A DNA stretch of 64,000 nucleotides from an uncultured Flavobacteriaceae bacterium. Lineage in GTDB: Bacteria; Bacteroidota; Bacteroidia; Flavobacteriales; Flavobacteriaceae. Below, one piece after another: positions 58,454-64,000 of this stretch (position 1 is its first letter; the number at the start of each line of letters is the position of its first letter). The notes under the pieces are model-generated. The model had not been told where the DNA came from. It saw only the letters and a program-made list of their open reading frames with translations, and made no database searches. Location: assembly GCA_905381055.1 (NCBI GenBank), contig CAJPUR010000007.1:57705-121704 (forward strand), in the 5' to 3' direction. The translations under genes were made by a program, and so were the position numbers.

Positions 58454-58750
58454 TTAACTTAAGAGAGATTGCACTTTCATTGCAAGACCCATATCTCCAG
58501 TGATTTTGATTTGACCACCCATTACAGCCATCATTGGATTTACTTCTCCATTTTTTAATTTCAATAAAACCTCCAAGGAAGTACTTATAGTACAATCTGC
58601 ATCTTTGTCATCTTCAGAAATAACATTAGATCCTCCTGATCCATCAATGAAAACTATACTTTCATCTATAACAAACTTTAAAGTTCCACCTATTGGATCA
58701 GCATTTTCAGCCTTTTCTTTCATTTGATTATAAACCATTTTATCACTCAT
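58454..58750 (-). CDS. SCP2 (sterol carrier protein 2) domain protein, free-standing
   Basis: 98 aa. DADCTISTSLEVLLKLKNGEVNPMMAVMGGQIKITGDMGLAMKVQSL aligns by eye with human SCP2 [47 protein letters not shown]. Confidence 0.9.
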   Translation of the reverse strand: MSDKMVYNQMKEKAENADPIGGTLKFVIDESIVFIDGSGGSNVISEDDKDADCTISTSLEVLLKLKNGEVNPMMAVMGGQIKITGDMGLAMKVQSLLS

Positions 58751-58760
58751 ATTATTTTAT

Positions 58761-60575
58761 TTAAATAAAAACTTTTTTTTCTTTTTCAATAATTGTTAAA
58801 CTTTCAGGATGTAAAAGTATATTTTTAATACCACTTGTTCTTGATAATTCATATTTAAAATAAAATTTCATTGTATGAATTTTTTTCTCAAAAAACTCTT
58901 TTGAATAATTATTATTGCCTGTTACAAGGGAGGTTTTGGCAACGGTTGCCATTTTTAACCATTGCCATGCAACAACAATATTACTCATGTATTCCATGAA
59001 AATAGTTGCATCTGAAATGTATCTTTCATGATCACCTTTCAAGGCATATTCCAATAACTTCATTATTACATCACCTAATTCTTTAGAATTGGTTTTAAAA
59101 TGTTCAGCATAAGGTTTCAATTCATCATAAGCTATAGCACTTTCAATTGTATCCTTGAATTCTTCAATTAGAAGCTTCATAGCAGCACCATTTTTCATTA
59201 CAATTTTTCTTCCCATTAAGTCCAGAGACTGAATACCAGTTGTTCCCTCATAAATTGACATTATACGAATATCCCTATAATATTGTTCTAAATCATAATC
59301 TGTACAAAATCCATATCCTCCAAGTACTTGAAGACCATTACTTATAGACTCTAAACCTTTTTCGGCAGGGAAGGTTTTTGCAATTGGGGTAAGAAGTTCA
59401 AGTAAGTTGTGATATTTCTCTTTTGATACATCATCATCAGAAGCATTTGAAAGATCATGGTAAAGAGAACATTGTAAAACTAGAGATAAAGCTCCTTCTG
59501 AAATAGATTCTTGAAATAATAACATTCTTCTTACATCAGGATGTTCAGTTATAAGGGCTTGATTTTCTTGAATATCTTTATTTCCACTTCCTTTAATTCT
59601 TCTTCCTTGAGGTCTATTCATTGCGTATTCCAAAGAGGATAAATAAGCAGATGTAGATAGGGAGGCTCCTTTCATTCCAACATCAATTCTAGCCCCATTC
59701 ATCATTTGAAACATATGAGATAAACCTTTATTTTTTTCACCAACTAACCATCCTTTAGAAATGCCTTTTTCACCGAATGCTAAATGAGTAGTACAAAAAC
59801 CCTTCTCACCTAATTTTTGAAAATCTGCTATTGTTGTAACATTATTTGATTCAGTGATTTTTTCAGAATTAAAATTATTTTTAGGCACAGCAAATAATGA
59901 AATACCCTTAGTGCCTTTCGGGGCGCCTTCAATCCTAGCTAAAACTAAATGAATAAAATTCTCACAATATTCATGATCACCTCCAGAAATAAAAATTTTA
60001 TCTCCTTTAATAGAGAAACTTCCATCATTAAGTTTGGAGGCAGAAGTAACAATATCAGACAATGAACTTCCCGCCTGAGGTTCAGTCAAACACATTGTAC
60101 CTCCCCAATCACCATTTAACATTTTAGGAATAAATTTTTTCTTTAAATTATCAGTTCCAAAAGTTACTATTAAATTTGCAGCCCCTTCAGTTAATCCAGG
60201 ATACCCAATTGCACCATTGTTTGCACATCCTGCAATGTGGCCATTGGCTTGATGAATTAGATGAGGTAGTTGCATGCCACCGTCATCATAGTCAAAAGTA
60301 GCTCCAATAGATCCATTTTCTCCTGCACTTCGCATTACTTTTTCTACACTTGGATGAACAATTATTTTTCCATCTTTGTAATGTGCAGGATTTTGATCCA
60401 TTTCTTTTTGAAAAGGTTTTAAGTATTTATCAGAAAAACTCTTATTTGAATCCATAAGTATTTCAAATGAATCCATATCATAATCTGAAAATCGTTTTAA
60501 CTCACATAATTTTTTTGCATCGAACACATCTTTGACTAAAAATTTTAATGTATTCATGTTAACATAATCTGACAT
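58761..60575 (-). CDS. long-form acyl-CoA dehydrogenase (about 600 aa, FadE-like with N- and C-terminal extensions)
   Basis: ACAD core blocks: GGTMCLTEPQAGSSL, IFISGGDH, RIMSIYEGTTGIQ. It has extra N-terminal and C-terminal helical domains, as in Bacteroidota and Firmicutes long ACADs. Confidence 0.9.
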   Translation of the reverse strand: MSDYVNMNTLKFLVKDVFDAKKLCELKRFSDYDMDSFEILMDSNKSFSDKYLKPFQKEMDQNPAHYKDGKIIVHPSVEKVMRSAGENGSIGATFDYDDGGMQLPHLIHQANGHIAGCANNGAIGYPGLTEGAANLIVTFGTDNLKKKFIPKMLNGDWGGTMCLTEPQAGSSLSDIVTSASKLNDGSFSIKGDKIFISGGDHEYCENFIHLVLARIEGAPKGTKGISLFAVPKNNFNSEKITESNNVTTIADFQKLGEKGFCTTHLAFGEKGISKGWLVGEKNKGLSHMFQMMNGARIDVGMKGASLSTSAYLSSLEYAMNRPQGRRIKGSGNKDIQENQALITEHPDVRRMLLFQESISEGALSLVLQCSLYHDLSNASDDDVSKEKYHNLLELLTPIAKTFPAEKGLESISNGLQVLGGYGFCTDYDLEQYYRDIRIMSIYEGTTGIQSLDLMGRKIVMKNGAAMKLLIEEFKDTIESAIAYDELKPYAEHFKTNSKELGDVIMKLLEYALKGDHERYISDATIFMEYMSNIVVAWQWLKMATVAKTSLVTGNNNYSKEFFEKKIHTMKFYFKYELSRTSGIKNILLHPESLTIIEKEKKVFI

Positions 60576-60602
60576 TTCTTTTTTTTCTTAAAAATAAAAA
60601 TA

Positions 60603-60625
60603 AAAAATGACACTGTGTCATTTTT
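60603..60625. promoter_or_regulatory. perfect palindrome (candidate operator) in the divergent ACAD / fadN promoter region
   Basis: AAAAATGACAC-T-GTGTCATTTTT has 11-nt perfect arms around a single central base. It lies about 28 nt upstream of the ACAD start and about 62 nt upstream of the fadN-like start. The flanking genes diverge, so it is not a terminator. Confidence 0.4.
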
Positions 60626-60686
60626 ATAATATTTTTTTTTAATTTTAGAAAAAATCAATTTAAAAAAATCAACAAAAAAAATAAAA

Positions 60687-63089
60687 ATGAATTTTAAATT
60701 AAAAAATGTTGCTGTTTTGGGCTCAGGAGTTATGGGTTCTGGAATTGCATGTCATTTAGCAAATATTGGGATGAATGTATTAATGCTTGATATTATCCCG
60801 TTTGATCTTTCTGAATCAGAAAAGAAAAATAAAGATTTTAGAAACAGAATTGTTGATTCATCTTTACTTAAAACAATAAAATCAAAACCTGCAGCTCTTT
60901 ATAAACAGGATTTTTCAAAAAGAATTAAAACTGGAAATTTTGAAGATGATTTTGAAAAAATTTCAGATTCAGATTGGATAATAGAGGTTGTGATAGAAAA
61001 ATTAGAAATTAAAAAACAAATTTTTGAAAAAGTTGAAAAATATAGAAAAAAGGGATCTTTTATTACCTCAAATACGTCTAGTATTCCAATAGAAATGTTA
61101 GTTGAAGGTAGAAGTGAGGATTTTAAAACTAATTTTTGTGGCACTCATTTTTTTAATCCTCCAAGATATTTAAGGTTATTAGAGATTATACCTCATAAAA
61201 AGTCAAATCCTGATTTGATTAAAAATTTTATGAAATTTGGTGAATTATTCTTAGGTAAGCAAACAGTATTATGTAAAGATACTCCTGCCTTTATTGCTAA
61301 TAGGTTAGGAGTTATGTCTAATATGAAAATATTAGCCCTCACTGAAGAAATGGGATTTAAAATTGAAGAAGTTGATGCTTTGACAGGACCATTAATAGGT
61401 AGACCTAATACAGGAACTTTTCGTTTACAAGATCTTGTTGGCATTGACACTGGAGAAAATGTTAGTAAGTTTGTTAGAGAAACTGTTAAGAATGATGAGT
61501 TTATTGATTCATTTAAAAATACTCCCACACCCAATTACATTAATTTTTTAATTAAAAATAATTTTTTAGGAAATAAAACAAGCAAAGGTTTTTATGAAAA
61601 AACAAATTTGAAAGATGAAAAAGGTAAAACAATAATAAAATCTTTAAATCTTGAAACATTAAAATATGAAACAAGTATAAAACCTAATCTGGATATATTA
61701 AGTAAAGGGAAATCAATAGATAATTTTGGAAAAAAATTAAATTTTTTAATTGAGGGTAATAGTCGTGAAAATATTTTTTTTCAAAAATATTTTTCTTCTT
61801 TACTTTCATATTCAGCAAACAGAGTACCTGAGATAGCAAATCAATTCTTCTTTGTTGATAATGCAATGAGGTCAGGTTATATGTGGGATTATGGTCCATT
61901 TCAATATTGGGATTGTCTAGGATTTAAAAATGGTCTTAAATTAATTGAAAAGAATGGAGAAAAATTACCACCGTGGATATACGAAATGGAAAAAAGAAAA
62001 ATTACTTCGTTTTACAAAATAGAGGATGGTAAAAGAAAATTTCTTGATATAAATACTTTTCAATATATTGATTTTCCTGACGAAGACCAATTTATAATTT
62101 TAGACTCATTGAGATCACTAGAGCCTATTTATAAAAATAGTGAATGTATAGTTCACGATATTGGTAATGATGTATTATGTTTAGAGTTTACATCAAAAAG
62201 TAATTCAATCGGAGAAGGTATTGGTAACGGAATAAAAGAAGCTATTATGATTGCTGAGAAAAGAGGACTCAGAGGAGTTGTCATTGGGAATAATGCAAAA
62301 CAATTTTCGGTTGGAGCTAATCTTATGAATGTTGGAATGTTAGCAATGCAAAAAGATTTTGATTCTTTATCAAAATTAATTGAAGGTTTTCAAAACCTTA
62401 ATATGTTAATTAGGACATCTAAGGTTCCAGTGGTTGTTTCTACCCAAGGTTATGTTTTTGGAGGTGGCTGTGAAATTGCTATGCATTGCGATGCAGGAAT
62501 TTATGCAGCTGAATCTTATATAGGACTTGTTGAAGTTGGTGTGGGGTTATTACCTGCTGGAGGTGGCACGAAGGAAATGGTTTTAAGATCTTCAGATAAA
62601 TTTTATGAAGGGGATGTTAAAATTCCAATTTTAATTGATCATTTCAAGGCAATAGCTACTGCAAGTGTTTCAACTTCTGCATGGGAGGGATTTGATTATA
62701 ATTATTTAGTTTCTAATAAAGATTATGTTTGTGTTAATACTATTAGAAATATTGCAATGGCTAAGGATAAGGTTATTGAATTGTCCAAAAACTATATGCC
62801 CCCAAGCCCAAGATCAGATATAGAAGTTTTAGGTAATTCCGGTCTTTCTACACTTTACTCTGCAATTAATGAATTTAAACTTGCAGGATATATGTCAGAT
62901 TACGATGTAGAAATTAGACGGAAAATTGCCTATGTTATGTCCGGAGGAGATCTTTCATCAGGTCAAAAAGTAAGTGAACAATATTTACTAGATTTAGAGA
63001 GAGAAGCTATGCTTTCTCTTTTAGGTAATCAGAAAACTTTAGACAGAATACAATATTTGTTAATGAATAATAAACCACTTAGAAATTAG
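60687..63089 (+). CDS. bifunctional 3-hydroxyacyl-CoA dehydrogenase / enoyl-CoA hydratase (FadN-type domain order)
   Basis: N-terminal NAD motif VLGSGVMGSGIA and 3HCDH blocks (GTHFFNPP). C-terminal crotonase-like region (FSVGANL, GYVFGGGCEIAMHCD, GLVEVGVGLLPAGGGT). 800 aa. Confidence 0.9.
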   Translation: MNFKLKNVAVLGSGVMGSGIACHLANIGMNVLMLDIIPFDLSESEKKNKDFRNRIVDSSLLKTIKSKPAALYKQDFSKRIKTGNFEDDFEKISDSDWIIEVVIEKLEIKKQIFEKVEKYRKKGSFITSNTSSIPIEMLVEGRSEDFKTNFCGTHFFNPPRYLRLLEIIPHKKSNPDLIKNFMKFGELFLGKQTVLCKDTPAFIANRLGVMSNMKILALTEEMGFKIEEVDALTGPLIGRPNTGTFRLQDLVGIDTGENVSKFVRETVKNDEFIDSFKNTPTPNYINFLIKNNFLGNKTSKGFYEKTNLKDEKGKTIIKSLNLETLKYETSIKPNLDILSKGKSIDNFGKKLNFLIEGNSRENIFFQKYFSSLLSYSANRVPEIANQFFFVDNAMRSGYMWDYGPFQYWDCLGFKNGLKLIEKNGEKLPPWIYEMEKRKITSFYKIEDGKRKFLDINTFQYIDFPDEDQFIILDSLRSLEPIYKNSECIVHDIGNDVLCLEFTSKSNSIGEGIGNGIKEAIMIAEKRGLRGVVIGNNAKQFSVGANLMNVGMLAMQKDFDSLSKLIEGFQNLNMLIRTSKVPVVVSTQGYVFGGGCEIAMHCDAGIYAAESYIGLVEVGVGLLPAGGGTKEMVLRSSDKFYEGDVKIPILIDHFKAIATASVSTSAWEGFDYNYLVSNKDYVCVNTIRNIAMAKDKVIELSKNYMPPSPRSDIEVLGNSGLSTLYSAINEFKLAGYMSDYDVEIRRKIAYVMSGGDLSSGQKVSEQYLLDLEREAMLSLLGNQKTLDRIQYLLMNNKPLRN

Positions 63090-63093
63090 AAAA

Positions 63094-64000
63094 ATGGAAG
63101 CATACATAATTAAAGGTTATAGATCAGCTATTACAAAATCAAAAAAAGGAAGTTTTAAAAATTTTAGATCTGATGATTTATCTGTTATTGTTATAAAACA
63201 TCTTTTAAAACAATTTCCTCAAATAAATCCTAAATTAGTTGATGATGTAATTGTAGGGTGTGCAAATCCAGAGGGAGAACAAGGATTACAAATAGGTAGA
63301 TTAATTTCTTCTAGGGCACTTGGAATAGATGTTCCAGGAATGACTATAAACAGGTATTGTGCTTCTGGACTTGAAGCAATTTCAATGGCAGTTAGTAAAA
63401 TTAGAGCTGGTTTTGGTAAAATTTATGTTGCTGGAGGAGCAGAAAGTATGAGTATGATTCCAATGACAGGTTATAAATTAGCTCCAAGCTATAAAGCTAA
63501 TTTAGAAAATATTAATTATCATGTTTCTATGGGAGCAACAGCTGAAGCAGTAGCAAGTAAATTTAAAATTTCAAGAGATGATGCTGATGAATTTTCTTAT
63601 AATTCCCATAAAAAAGCTGCAAATGCAATTGATTTTGGAAACTTTGAAGAAGAAATTGTTCCAATAAATGTAGAATCAGTATTTGTTGAAAATAATATTA
63701 AAAAATCCGAAAAAAAAGTTGTAAAGGTTGATGAGGGTGTTAGACGAGATACATCAATTGAGGGTTTATCTAAATTAAAGCCAGCTTTTAAATTGGGTGG
63801 AATTGTAACTGCAGGAAATTCTTCTCAAACATCAGATGGGGTGGCTTTTACTCTTATTGTTAGCGAAGATTATGTTAAAAAATTTAATTTAAAACCTGTA
63901 GCACGATTGGTTAGTTCAGCAGTTGGGGGTGTAGATCCACTTTATATGGGGATTGGTCCTTGTGTGGCAATTCCAAAAGTTTTAAAACAATCAGGTTTAA
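63094..64000 (+). CDS. fadA: acetyl-CoA C-acyltransferase (3-ketoacyl-CoA thiolase), 3' end truncated by window edge
   Basis: Not in the ORF track because there is no in-window stop. My own translation from ATG 63094 gives MEAYIIKGYRSAITKSKKGSF...GMTINRYCASGLEAISMAV (thiolase active-site Cys). The frame stays open to nt 64000. Confidence 0.9.
   Translation, partial: MEAYIIKGYRSAITKSKKGSFKNFRSDDLSVIVIKHLLKQFPQINPKLVDDVIVGCANPEGEQGLQIGRLISSRALGIDVPGMTINRYCASGLEAISMAVSKIRAGFGKIYVAGGAESMSMIPMTGYKLAPSYKANLENINYHVSMGATAEAVASKFKISRDDADEFSYNSHKKAANAIDFGNFEEEIVPINVESVFVENNIKKSEKKVVKVDEGVRRDTSIEGLSKLKPAFKLGGIVTAGNSSQTSDGVAFTLIVSEDYVKKFNLKPVARLVSSAVGGVDPLYMGIGPCVAIPKVLKQSGL

Noticed and set aside
58437-58595. 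N-terminal extension of the etfB ORF (track start 58595), giving a 301-aa protein.
   Set aside because: The extension overlaps the SCP2 gene in another frame and has no ETF similarity. A canonical ETF-beta N-terminus (MNILVCISNVPDTTTKI) begins at ATG 58436. Similar track extensions were trimmed for purA (16799 to 16766), the cyclophilin-FKBP gene (22456 to 22378), recF (25921 to 25891), SDR2 (54784 to 54829) and several TTG/GTG starts.

Overview
The window is a very AT-rich (roughly 30% GC by eye, not computed), extremely gene-dense chromosomal segment. It most likely comes from a streamlined, probably marine member of the Flavobacteriia (Bacteroidota). The taxonomic call rests on gene content and synteny: a GldI-like FKBP lipoprotein, DUF5683 after parAB, recF-DUF721, ribH-mutL-rhomboid x2, parA-parB-DUF5683-dapB-lepB-wbqC, relA/spoT-fur-purA, and a CarboxypepD_reg-type TonB-dependent receptor.

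I support 67 CDS (two truncated by the window edges, one of them absent from the ORF track) and one tRNA-Pro(GGG). I also call one clear intrinsic terminator, one candidate operator palindrome and a few long homopolymer tracts. I see no rRNA, CRISPR array, transposase, integrase or phage genes.

Roughly 0-41 kb is housekeeping. From about 41 kb the content becomes metabolic and envelope-related:
- 41.4-45 kb: CoA pyrophosphatase, an acyltransferase and two divergent lipoproteins.
- 45.0-48.4 kb: a putative periplasmic sugar-oxidation trio, consisting of a Tat-signal Gfo/Idh/MocA oxidoreductase, galE and a Tat-signal xylose-isomerase-like TIM barrel.
- 48.5-64 kb: a lipid-catabolism supercluster. 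It holds an alkenal-reductase-like oxidoreductase, a crotonase, an orphan 1010-aa TonB-dependent receptor, an MFE-2-like SDR, a DHRS4-like SDR, a MaoC dehydratase, an ACAD-SCP2-etfB-etfA operon, and divergent fadN-like and thiolase genes.

The parts I consider most worth follow-up are a 'peroxisome-like' beta-oxidation module (SDR + hydratase-2 + a free-standing SCP2 carrier wired to ACAD/ETF), the Tat-exported oxidoreductase/TIM-barrel pair, and a perfect palindrome in the divergent fad promoter.

All family assignments come from motif recognition by eye. No HMM or BLAST search was run.
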